This document shows positions 1 to 11,785 of a stretch of 64,000 bases of DNA, piece after piece. The DNA comes from Lama glama. Its lineage: Eukaryota. The notes under the pieces were generated by a model. The model was not told the DNA's origin, ran no database searches, and worked only from the letters and a program-made list of their open reading frames with translations. The position numbers and the translations under genes are program-made. How positions within the stretch are numbered: position 1 is the stretch's first letter; every line of letters begins with the position of its first letter. Location: contig CM052832.1 in NCBI GenBank assembly GCA_028534125.1, positions 21,454,001 through 21,518,000 of the forward strand, read 5' to 3'.

Positions 1-2039
1 AGGCTATTACAATAGAACATCTTGTCAGCCCTCTGATTTCAGAAAAGGCAAGTCACAGAGAAACATGGGTTAAAATGTTGTTGTCACTATGAACTTAATG
101 CCCCTGCCTTTGGATCATCCTGTCACTTCTTCAACACTTTGTACGCCCTCCATGGTTGCAGGGAGGGCCTCGGCCTTTGAAGAATTTCACATTCTTGGAA
201 CATTCCAGATTGTATGCCTTGAACTGTGAGTATAGTAATTGGTATAAAAACACTAGGGAAGAGATAAGCTACAGGAGGGATTTCCCTTACAAAGTGACCA
301 AACCGGGTATGTAAGTGAAAAGCTTTATAAATCCTGAGAGCTTGTTGGCAAGCACCGACTAAGCATTGCTGAGTCACCGTAAACTCGAGTTCCTACCACT
401 TGTTCACACTGGCATACCAATTAGGGTTAAATGTGGTGCAATTATCATTAGTCTAGCTCTTTCTTTTTTCTCCACTTAAAACACCTTATTGAACTCATAG
501 TGGAAGCCCCAAAAGGGATTTGGAAATGGCCTGACCTATTCTCTTCCTGAGGCTCAGAGGCAAGTTTCAAATTAAACAAGGACACACAGGCGGAAATACT
601 TTATAAATAAATTGCTGCAAAATTATAAAGGTATAATTACCACCGATATCATGACCAGCCACTTGGCCAAGATCACCCAGCTACATGGACCATGGAAGAT
701 TCTAAACTCCAAAGAGCCTGGTGGGATCTTTGTAATTTAATTATGGACAGTCCTGGATCCCACATGAGGAAGTGTTTAATAAATAATCAACTGACTGCAA
801 TGTGAACTCTTTAATCCCAAGCCAGCAGAGAGGCTCGCTTTCCTCTTCAGAAAGAGCAAAGCCTGAAGAGAGAGCATTTGTTTACCAATCTGAAAAGGGA
901 GCAGAGAAAAGCCTGCCTTGATTCCTGGGGGAGAAAAATACAACTGTTCTAAGCTGTTGTGTTACATCAGTTTAGAAGTAACTTCTCTGAATTAAGAGAA
1001 AATCGAGTTGGGGAAAACGCTTCCTTTAGGAGATTTAACTCCCAGCTGGGCACTTATGTGCTGCTACACCTCGCAAGTACATAGTCGGTGCCCCACTGCA
1101 CCTGCCACCACCACCAGCCAGGACAGGGCGGGAGTCACGCTCCTGCCAGCCTCCCCCTCCCGCCCCCAACCCCTCATCCTCCTGATCTCCCCGCAACCCA
1201 CGCCGGCTCCTTTAGCAACAGGTGGACATAAAACCATCAAGTTCCATGATGACCATCAACGAAACCCACAGCAGTGAATCGGGAGTGAAGGAGAACGTTT
1301 CAGTTCATATTTAAAATGTTAAATCGGGTACTTGTAATTCCCCTGATTTAGCTTTTTTAATTAAAAAATTCAAGCTTTAGTCAACATTTGCATATTCATA
1401 CCTCTAAAATGTGTACTGATTGCATTAAAGGTGGAGAGAAAGCGTGGCCGTGCAGCACAAATACAGTCACTCATCAAGGGCACCGTCTATGTGTGCAGAG
1501 ATAAATATTTCCAAACAAATTAACATACGCCCCAGCACAGGTGCTCCAGCCTCACGGCTCCCTCCAGCTTTTTCAACCCCACTTTTCCTTCCATCCGGTT
1601 TCACCAGGCAGACCATCAGTTTTAAAAATGTATCATTTGGTGATTTGTAGGATTAGTGAGCCCCTTGGCCAAAGTCACTGATCAGTGACTCACTCTTCAA
1701 TGAGCAGAAGTCAGGGAAGAAAATACTCAACTACACTTTTTACTATAAATTACTTCATAATTATAATTATAAATTATAGTATCACTTGTTATTATACATT
1801 TATTATCAACCAAGAGTGCAGCTTCCATAATTCAACGAAGACCTCTAATGCGCAGTTTGTAGTCACAACAAGGGGCAGTCCCCACGCCTGAGCACTGACC
1901 ACCCCTGACCAGGCAGAGCAGGCGCTGTTAACGGCCCACCAACAGCCACTCTCTTCTGACTTCTTGCTCACAGAATCATGACTTTGTGTGGAGCTACAGT
2001 GTGCCCAGCTCTTAAAAGTAGGTCATGTTTTGCCTAAGC

Positions 2040-2258
2040 CAGCAGTTGGCAAACTATCCCTGGGCCAAATCCAGCCCACCACCTGGTTTTGTAAATAAAA
2101 TGTGATTGGAACACAGATCAGCCCACTCATTTATGTGTCGTCTGGGGCTGCTCCGCTCCAAGGACAGATCCGAGTAGCTGCACGGAGAACACAGGGCCTG
2201 CAAAGCCTCAAGAATTCCACACCTGGCCCTTCTCAGAAGACATTTGCCCAACTCCGGT
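2040..2258 (+). mobile_element. hAT-Charlie MITE, MER58A-like
   Basis: cagcagttggcaaact...gggccaaatccagccc...ttttgtaaataaa...tttgccaact, with recognisable terminal inverted repeats. Confidence 0.8.
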
Positions 2259-4971
2259 CCAAGCCATCTCCAGCCAATTTCCCAGCTTCCCTTGCAGCTA
2301 AGAAGGTGTTGGATTGTATACAGTAGACGAGGAAGAAGACGTGACCAAGAGCTACTTGTGGGTAACTGAAGAGATGACAGACCCATTGACTGAAGTAAGA
2401 GCCTTGGATCAGATTTGGGGAGAGGAGTGCAGGGAGGAAGAGGTACATTCAGAACATCTGAATATATGATTTAAGGTAGTCTGGGGGAGTCAAGTAAATA
2501 CTTCAACACCCAACTACAGAACTCAGAAAAGAGTCTAGACTGAAGAGTCCTAAGGTCAACTGCTTTGTTAACTTTAATTCAAATAGACTCTTCTTGGATA
2601 TTATCCCTGCCAACCATTATCTCTACTTAAATCCTCTTGACCACTGCCTCCTCCTTAAAACTAACTCAGCTCCAACGGCCCTAGCCTTCCCTGGTTCTCG
2701 CCCACTGCTCCTTCTATCCTTTTGGCCCGCCCTCATATTGCCCTTTCCTCTGAACTGGGGCATTCCTTTAGGGCTTATCTTCAAGCTTTTTTGCCTCCCT
2801 TAATATTCTCTCCCTAAACATTCTCATCAGCCTCACAGCTTTCAAGCAACAGACTCCCAAATTGACATTTGTAGCCTTGTCTTTTCTCTAGATCCTGACC
2901 CATTGTTACCCATTGCATATCCCCAAACGGGTGCCGTGTTGTCAACCCAAACTCTACATACATAAATTTTTATTGATCTTACCCCAGCTAGGTGAAAAAT
3001 GCTGGTTATGGAGTTGGAATTACTTGTTTTGAGTCCTGGCTTTGAGTCCCATGGTGTGAGGTTAGCAAATTCCCTCATTTCTTGGTGGCTCAATCTCATT
3101 TCCATGTACCTCAAGAGAGGTACAAAGTCCCATTCATGGTTGCAGACGAGAAGAAAGTACTGATTTGGAACAGATGGTGAGGGGAAAGCTAGTAATACTG
3201 AGAAGATCATATTTGAGCTTGAAAAGTGTGGGGAACTTCAGGCATCTGTATGCCCTCCTTTCATGGGGACCCTGGGATTTCAATTTGAGTATATGCATGG
3301 GTGGGGTATACTCTGACTTCAGGCTCCTGGATGCGGAGGAGACCAGATCTGAACACCATTTTTCCTTTGGTCTCCGGTCCCAGCTTCGTTTCATACTTGC
3401 TCAGTTCCAGCCTGGGTCCAACCTCTGCTCTGGCATCTGTGGCCTGTGCTAGTTGCTGTTTATCCAACTCGTTTTGTCCTCTGGCCCTTCCTGAAGCCTG
3501 GCCATCCATGTGAGCTCACATGTGACCCCCGGTTTCCACCTGCTATTCTTAGACTTAAATCTCTCTGATTTAAACCACAACAACCAACTATAAATGAGCT
3601 TTACAAAGAGGCAGACGCTTAGAGTGGGTTTACATCAAGTCGGTCAGAGAACACAGGCAAAACATTGGGAACAAATTTCAGGGGGTGTTCCCTGAGGCAG
3701 TGGCCAGAGAGCCACACCCTGCCCCTTCCTGGCTGTGGTGTAGCTCCCCGCTGGTCACCCTGAGATGCCCACTGAAGATGTCATGGAAAACTGAGCCTCT
3801 CTTGCTCCGTGACTGTTTCTTATATGACACTGTTTATTTAGTGTTTGCTGAAAGATCAGCCTTCCCACATGTCCTGAGATGCATCCTTTACCTTTAGAAA
3901 GCATTTGCTGATTTCCTAAGCACTCAAAGGTCAGATGAGATGCAGAATGCTTTATTCATCTTCCCTTTAAAGTCTTTTCAGGGGGCTGTCTCTCAGAGAC
4001 ATACAGTGTGGTTTATCTAGTCCTACTCCTCCAGGACTCGAGAAAACAAGCTGGATCCGAGAAAAGCAAAACAAAAACAAAAACATTTCCAAGCCAGTGT
4101 GGTTCCAGGAAACAAAGTAAGGATGGAATTCCTAGTCGCCGTGTTTGCTGTGGGACTAGAGCTGCCTGGCAAGATGGAGTTAAACACAGAAGCCACGCTC
4201 CTGTGCGGCAGTCTAGGGGCAGAGTCCTTCCTTCGTAGTGATAACGAGATAGTTCTGCCTGTGAGTGCGAGGCCACAGGCTGGCATGTGAACAGGAAGTG
4301 GGGCCAAGCCTAAATGAAATCAAACTGTGAATAAAGGAGGGTTCACATAAAAACCGACAGCCTAGTTCACAGAGCTCGTGTGTGGCTCGGCCGCCTAGAG
4401 GCCGCCGCCACGGTCTGCCCCGGACAGGAGATGAGAAGAGTCGCCTTGCTGGCGACTGGCTGAGGAGGTGGTGAGAAGCGGGTTTGTCCACACTTTGTCG
4501 TGCCTGTGACACTGGGAAGGTAAGAGGGGCTGGCGAGAAGGGTGACAGGCTGATGACTTTCTTTGGAAACAGCCGGGAAAGGCTGCCAGAAATCCAGGAA
4601 GCTGAACGTTCTGATTCAAAAGCTCGACTCCCTGAGCTTTATAACCACGGCCATGTGATTTTTAAGTAACTATTTCAGAGAGGACACTGGATCCAGTCCT
4701 GCCTCTGCTAACTGGTTGTCTAACCTTGACAAACTGCTTCACTTCTCCAGGACCACGTGTTTATTTTCTGCTTAAGGAGAGGATGCGGGGGTTGGAGAGG
4801 TGTTTGGAAGATTAGGGAGAGGGTGGCAGAGAGGGATAAGATTGGGTTCCTGGGTCCAGACTGGGGGGCCTAAGCCCCGGAGAACAGAGAAAGTTAGAAC
4901 AGGACTAAGCAGACACTGCTCCAAGGAGGTGGTCGGCCTATCAGCCATCATCCTGGCAGAAATATTTCCAT

Positions 4972-5608
4972 CAACAAGGGTTGAATATTAACTTTCCAAA
5001 AGAGAAGTCCAAGTCCTAAGCACCAGAATTTGTGAATGTGATCCTATTTGGAGGAAAGATCTTTGAGGATGTAATTAAGGATCTCAAAATCAGGTCATCC
5101 TGGGGGTGCGGGGGAGGGGGGAGCTATAGCTCAGTGGTAGAGCATATGCTTCACATGCACCAGGCCCTGGGTTCAATCTCCAGTAGCTCCATGTAAACAA
5201 ACAAACAAACAAATACATACATACCTACCTAATTATCTCCCCTGCCTCCCAAACACAATCAAGTCAAAATCACATCATCCTGGATTTGGGGTGGTCCCTA
5301 AATCCAACAAGTGTTCTTATAAGAAAAAGGTGGTGGTGGCGGTGGGGGGGCGGGCGTTGAGAGACTCAGACACACAGGGGAGAAGGCCATGTGGCGACCA
5401 GGGCAGAGGTGGGATTCTGCAGCCCCAAGTTAAAGAACGCCTGGAGCCGCCAGAAGCTGGAGGAGGCTGGGTGTGCGTTGCTAGAGACTTCAGGAGGAGT
5501 GCGGCCCTGCCAATGCCTTCATTTCAGGCTCCTGGCCACCAGGACTGAGACTGTTCTAAGCCACACAATTTGAAGTAGTTTGTTACAGAATCCCTGGGAA
5601 ACTAATAT
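4972..5608 (+). mobile_element. ERVL-MaLR solo LTR (MLT1B/C-like), interrupted by a SINE
   Basis: Motifs gtgaatgtgatcctatttgga, gatgtaattaagg, ccagaagctggagg, ggccctgccaa and tttgttacag...aaactaata. Confidence 0.8.
5104..5263 (+). mobile_element. tRNA-derived SINE (camelid Vic-1-like)
   Basis: A box tagctcagtggtag, B box gggttcaatctc and an A-rich tail. TSD tcaaaatca(gg/ca)tcatcctgg at 5084-5103 and 5264-5283. Confidence 0.88.
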
Positions 5609-5664
5609 AACGTCCTTGTGAACAGAACAGTCAAGCACAAGCCTCCCTTTAAAAAGACTTCCTT

Positions 5665-5957
5665 GAAAAAAGAACCCTCCTACACTGTCGGTGGGAGTGT
5701 AGACTGGTGCAGCCACTGTGGAGGACAGGATAGATGGTCCTTAAACAACTAAAAACAGAGTTACTATATGATCCAGTAGTCCCACTCCTGGGCATTTACC
5801 CGGAGAAAAACAACTCAAAAAGATACACGCACCCCCAATATTCACAGCAGCACTATTTACAATAGTCAAGCCATGGAAACAACCCAAATGTCCATCAACA
5901 GATGACTGGATAAAGAAGATATGAGAGAGACAGAGATAGAGATATATAGAGATAGAC

Positions 5958-5994
<37 letters not shown>

Positions 5995-6462
5995 TAGGTA
6001 TATAGATATAGATACACACGGTGGAATACTACTCAACCAAAAAAAGAATAAAACAATGCCATTTGCCGCAACATGGATGGACCTGGAGATCATCATTCTA
6101 AGTGAAGTAAGCCAGAAAGAGAAAGAAAAATGCCATGTATCATTCATATGTGGAACCAAAAAAAAGACACAAATGAACTTATCTATAAAACAGAAACAGA
6201 CTCACAGATATAGAGAACAAACTTATGGTTACTAGGGGTTAAAGAGGGTAGGAAGGGAAAAATTGGGAATTCAAAAATTGCACCTCTTGGTGAGTGATGG
6301 AAATGTTAGCTATCTTGATTGCGGTGGTGGTTTCATGGGTGTAGACATCTATCAAATTAATCAAATTGCACATCTGAAATACGTGCAGTTTACTGTACAA
6401 GACCCATACCACAATAAAGGTGTTTAAAAAATAAATAACACTTTAAAAAATAAAATAAAAAT
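5665..6462 (+). mobile_element. 5'-truncated L1 (end of ORF2 + 3'UTR) with internal (GA)n
   Basis: ORF2 C-terminal peptide [28 protein letters not shown] and an A tail. Exact 14-bp TSD aaaaagacttcctt at 5651-5664 and 6463-6476, at a tt|aaaa site. Confidence 0.93.
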
Positions 6463-7809
6463 AAAAAGACTTCCTTCCTCCTTCCTTGGGGTCTCGAGGC
6501 TGCTCATTTAAGCCAGATTCAAGCCCCAATTGAGAGATGGGCAGGGGGGTAAGAGCACATCTAACTCTGTCAAAACCATGTGATTCTCATAAGAGACCCT
6601 GTTGCTTTAGTTTAGCCCCAAGACGGCACCATGTCAGAGGTGTCTGAAGCTGGCAATGGTGCCAGGAGGAGACAGCTTTTCCACAAGCCCTTCCTATGAG
6701 ATGAGAGGTGAACATTACAGGAAAGGCAGATAAGGAGCTAAGAGGGGTAGGAAATTAAACCCATTTCTAAGGAAGCAACAGTGTAGGGTGAACACTGGTG
6801 GCCCCTCTTCCCACACCCTGCTCACCCCTCCAAAAAAGAAGTGTCATTTCTCTGAATGCGGAGACTGGGGCACTAGTGGGTCAGGTCCTTCTGGTTCTGG
6901 AGTGGGAAGGAAGTGGGAAGTCTCGGTCTCCCCCCCACCCCCACCCCCGAGTCCTCCTCACGGACTGATGGCAATGCCAGGGAGCCGTCCTCTTCCAGGT
7001 CCCTGTGGTTCTCAGGGCGCAGGGTCTGGCTTCTAGAAGCCGCTTAGGAACCCACAGTTCTGTCTTCCACTTTCTACCTCTCTGCCTTGGTTCATCTGGT
7101 GGCTGCGACTTTCTGTGCATCTTTGAGATGCAGCCCTGGCTCTTTGAGAGGTAGGAACCGGTCTCCATCTTTGAGACTTTGGGAGCAAGAAGTCCACTTG
7201 GGGTCTGGGTTTTGGTTCAGGACATGGAGGGTACATTGCCCACTGTTTGCTAGGAAAGGCGGGCTTTGGGTAATGAAGCTGGTACCTCTGTTCCTTATTT
7301 GACTGTTAGTGTTTGTTTACAATCATTTAAAAACTGGGGTAGGTGAGGGTCACGTGGTAGATACTCCATACATTCCAGCAAGATCACTCATCTACTGAAG
7401 CCCTGCCTGCCAGGTGCCAGGCGCTCAGCCGATCCACTTTTTCGGATTCATGTTCTTTTTTCCTCAAAGCAAATCGCTTTCTGGGACCATTTTCCCATGA
7501 ACTAAAGGGACCCTTCCATCCTCTTTCTCAAGCAGAGTGTTCAAATTAACCTCCTCCATGAATTCTCCAGAAATAACTTCAAGTCCACAGATAATACAGC
7601 TCTACTTTGAATTTCTTTATATTTATAAATTTTATGCAATGTGTTTATTCTCAACATGTTTAAATACCCTGATTATTTCCTTCATATTCACCATCTCACT
7701 CCAAATCTGTTAAAGTTAGTCACACACTGAGGAATGGTATTTTTTCCAATATCTCTCCTATCCCTATGAACACTCCCACATCCCAGGTTATCTGACAGAG
7801 TTTCAATTT

Positions 7810-8330
7810 TGTGTAATTTTATTCATTGATTCAGCAAATCCTCCACTGGAATCCTACCACAGGCAGGCATGAGAGAGATAAAGATAAATAAAACACAGTC
7901 CCAGCCCTTGGAGATTTCAAATTCCACTGAGAGAGAAATTTCAATAGGAAGTAATGTCATAGACTTTGTTTATATTTACCTTACTTTGTGAACAGAGTCA
8001 TGAAAACAGAAGACAGAACAACTTACTCTGCCTGAAAGTCAAGAGGGTCTTAAAGAAAGGGGATGTAAAAAAAGGTTCTGAAGGAAGAACAGGAATACAC
8101 CGTACAGATGAAGAGGGAAAGGTATTCTAAACAGAAGACGTAGTATATGTAAAGGCACAGAGTCATCAGTGGTCCAAGCATGGCAAGAAAACAATGAACA
8201 TCTCCAAGGAGTTGGAATGAGTTGCCATGGAGACGCTGGCAAAGGATGAGGTTGGCAAGGCAATTGGCAGCATGTAGTGAAAACTCTGTATGCCAAGTTA
8301 AGGTATTTAGATATTATCTGGTCAGCAACT
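7810..8330. mobile_element. Degenerate L2 fragment
   Basis: attcattgattcagcaaat...aaaacacagtcccagccctt...aaaggcacagag, resembling old L2 3' sequence. Confidence 0.55.
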
Positions 8331-8974
8331 GGCAGCCAACAGAAATCCCTAAAATCATCTTTAGCTTTAAGATTTTTGTAAAATAACAATTAGAAAAAAT
8401 TTCTAGTTTGAAAATTACGATTAGGATGTGCACAATGCTCAGGATATTGCTGGACACGCAGAAGGCACTAAGTAAGTTCCTACTGAATATGAATTCAAGG
8501 AGAGTCAGAAAGGAGGAACCACGGAAAGAGATGCTGAGGCCATATTGATCACTTTTCCAAGTCCTAGCTGCCATTGGTCATTCCCCCAAAGACAGGATGC
8601 TCCACAAGGATACAGACGAAAGTCTTTTTTTCTCAAAACAGAACTAAAAAATCAACTCCGTGCTTATACGATTGAGCATGGCTGCTCTGGTCCCTCTAGC
8701 TCTCACTTTGTAGTGAAGAGACGGCATAAACCACATTCACACGCTCAGTTCAGACTCAGTGAGGGCCTTGTCATGACTCCCCAGTTTGACCATGGCTGAT
8801 GAAATGACTGTCCCACATTTAGAAATAAATGTGGAGGTGGAGTCGTCAGATAAAAATATTTTGGAAAATTAAGCACAGATGGTTGAGCATTTCTGTAACA
8901 CTTTAAGATTTTTTTCCCTTTCTCCTTTTCCCTCCTCCTCTTTCTTTAAATACTGCAATTAAAGGAAACCCTTA

Positions 8975-9185
8975 AAAGCAGGCCTGGTTTCAAATCCCAG
9001 CTCTGTTGCTTACCAACAAAGTGCCCTTAGTCGAGTCACTTTGCTCTTCCAAGTCACTCCTCCCTTTTACAGAAAAACAACCAAGTAAAATGGGCTGTTG
9101 AAAGCATTAGATATGTCCACATGCAGAAAGGGGCCTAGAACAGCACCTGGTAGGAAACAGGCGCTTAACACATGGTATTATCATT
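8975..9185 (+). mobile_element. MIR
   Basis: cctggtttcaaatcccagctctg...aacagcacctgg core. Confidence 0.65.
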
Positions 9186-10149
9186 TTAACAAACTCATGT
9201 TGTTACTCAATCTCTAAAGCCTCTGGATGAATTCCAGGGAGGACCAATGTACATGTAGTGTGTGTCAGGGTGATATTTTGGGGCAATTATCCAGGAAACT
9301 CCCTCCTAATGTTTGGTTCCACCTTGACTCAGATTTATGTTCTCAAGTTCACAACTTCCTTTCACAGTAATTATCAGTGAACCTCCAGCCTTATCTCTTT
9401 CATTTTTGCTGTAGATGAAACAGCATCTGTTTCCCAAAGGTGGCTTTAGCTTAAGCTGTCCCTAAAGCCAGCTTTTGAGCCAATGGTCGAGCTCTGGAAA
9501 CTCTTTAAAATCATTTTAAAGTCAGGAATAAGGCCTCCGATACAATACATTCTGCCATAGGTGGAACCCAGCTCAGGCACACATGAAACAATGTTAAATC
9601 ATTAACTTTGATTCATTACAAATGAGTGGGGAAAATCTCATATTTGTTCTGATCTCCATTTAAAATCAAAGCCGACGGTTGTGAGCACAGCACACTCTCA
9701 CCCTTCCGGAATCAGCAAGATAGTATGACCGCAGACAAGTACTCACTGAAAACAAAGTCCCCAGCAAGAGTCTGAACAACTCACAGGCCAGCCCCAAGAA
9801 AATTCATCAAATCCAGGAAGTCTGCTCCCTCCCTCTACCCACAGCACCCTCATATAAAAGGTACAAACCTCACCGAGCTGTTGAGAGGGCCCTCGCGTGG
9901 AGAAGGGATGGTAGACATAGAAGAGCCCAGGGGTGGGGACGTCCTTCCCGAATCTACGTGTTGGTGAGCAGTGTTTTACAAGCCTGTAGAGATTAGATTA
10001 TTTTGAAAAGCGTCCTCTCTGTGGTCTATCTCCAGGCCCAAGTGACGCGGCCTCCAGAAGTCCAGTTGTTAAGGACAGGAAAGGCAGCCGACGGCAGCTC
10101 CCAGCCCAGCGGCACCCGTGAGCTTTCTGTTGAGAAGGAAGCTGCCTTA

Positions 10150-10930
10150 ATAGAGCGCTTCTCAGTCGCGGCTGCACATTGGAATCACCTGGGGAGCATT
10201 TAAAAACTATTGATGGCTATGAGGCTGCGACCTGGGGCCCTTTGCCACAGTGCTTGCACCTGGACAAATGAGCAACAGAAGAGAAACAAGGGACTAAAAA
10301 TAACTACGTACAGGTGCAGTTGGGGCAAATGATGAGCAACAAGATACAAAAAGACCAAAAGCCCAACTTCTGAGGTGTCGGGAGCAAAAGCAGGGGACGC
10401 GCATGATCCCTGCACGCAGCACCACCACGGTGGGTGGGCAGCCCCCCATCCAGCATGCCCCATCCACCCACCCCCAGCCTCCCCCACTTAAGTGACCAGC
10501 TCGCCCCCACTCAGGGAGCAAGCATGGGAACCTGTTACTTGTTTTCGCTCCCTCGTGCTGCAGCACGAGTCCCAGTAAAGCCTTGCCTGAGTTTCTCCTC
10601 CAGCCTCTTACCAGTGTCTGTTGATTAAGGAATCCAGAACCCTGGTTGGTAATAGCTGGGGCTCACTGACAGCACAGTGGTTCCCCAATGTTGTCACATA
10701 TTAGAATCACCTGGGGAGCTTGTAGGACTCCTAACGCCAAGCTTTGCCCCAGACCAATTATATTATTTTCTCTGGAGGTGATACCAAGTTTTCTGTAGTT
10801 CTTAAAACTTCTCAGGGGACTCCAATGTACAGCTGAGGCTGAGAACCAATGTGAGATGTGAATGGTCTGTGGTGTAACCTGGCTGTAGGATTTTTAAAGT
10901 TTCCTGGGAGATTCCCATGGGCAGAGACCT
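10150..10930. mobile_element. Nested MER5-type hAT MITEs (outer copy split by an LTR and by a second MER5 at ~10675-10851)
   Basis: Two copies of gaatcacctggggagc. The inner copy has cagtggtt...gagaaccaatg termini. Confidence 0.65.
10220..10654 (+). mobile_element. ERV1-class solo LTR, family unassigned
   Basis: TG...gtaata ends, a poly(A)-like agtaaagccttgcctg, and a near-TSD gcta/gctg. Confidence 0.75.
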
Positions 10931-11499
10931 GCCCTGCTGGAAGCCCTGAGCGGTAGGATCAGACAAGGATGAAGGAGATGGTACAGGTGAAGGACACACT
11001 CACGTGAAGGAGTACTGAATATGGTGTAACTGGACAGCATAAAAATGAGTGAGAAGTGTCTGCGCTCAGACCTGTATCGCAGAGCTGGGCACTCAGGCAG
11101 GAGGAATGAGCCCAGGGTGGGGGAGGAACATCTGCTGGCTTTGTCCCATTGAGGCCCCTGACCACCAAGAAATTCAGGAATGGAATGGGTGTTACTGGAT
11201 TACTGCCCACTCATTTAGAGGTGCTGCATGTTTCCTCATCAGAAAGAAAATGAGTTTCACCCATGTGTTTTCACTTGTAAACTCACATTGGGGGCTCGGG
11301 AGTAGAGTGAAAAACTCAGAGGGGCTGACACACTTCTCTGCAAGATGCTTCTTTCTCTGTGTTCAAACATTAGAACGAGGCTACAGGAAATGAAACAAGC
11401 AATCTCATGGAAAGTGATCAGGTCCCTAAATGCAGGCTGGGGTGAGTAGCTGGTGAGGAAGGAAGACTGAGACCTTGGCTGAGGGAAAAGGCTCAGTCT

Positions 11500-11785
11500 G
11501 GGGGCAAGTACGCCCTTGACTTTGTAAAGTCAGTTTGTCTTTTTAACTGAATCCTGGAAGCCTCAAGTCCAAAGCGTTCTTCAAGTAACGCTAAGTAGAA
11601 TTTATTAACATTTTTTATTTTTCATTTTTTAAATGGTAACCTTCTATGGATGGCAAGTGACGTAGGTTTTCCATTTGTAATAAACATTTTCTTTTAAAAT
11701 GATTGACTGAAAGAGAACTATTAAGTAAGCAATTCTGCTGATGGTACTCGGCTGTGACAGAAGTCCTGAGGTCTGAGAAACTTCA
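11500..11785 (+). mobile_element. hAT Charlie4-like fragment
   Basis: ggcaagtgac...ggttttccattt...tattaagtaa...tggtactcgg motifs. Confidence 0.55.

Noticed and set aside
4370..4560. CpG island/promoter or CTCF site
   Set aside because: Only a short CpG-enriched patch, and the best CTCF alignment has several core mismatches.
5104..5190. tRNA gene-like sequence (also at 35.7, 37.2, 43.2, 53.2 and 54.9 kb)
   Set aside because: A/B boxes are present, but the copies are diverged, share an A-rich tail and several show TSDs. They are SINEs, not tRNA genes.
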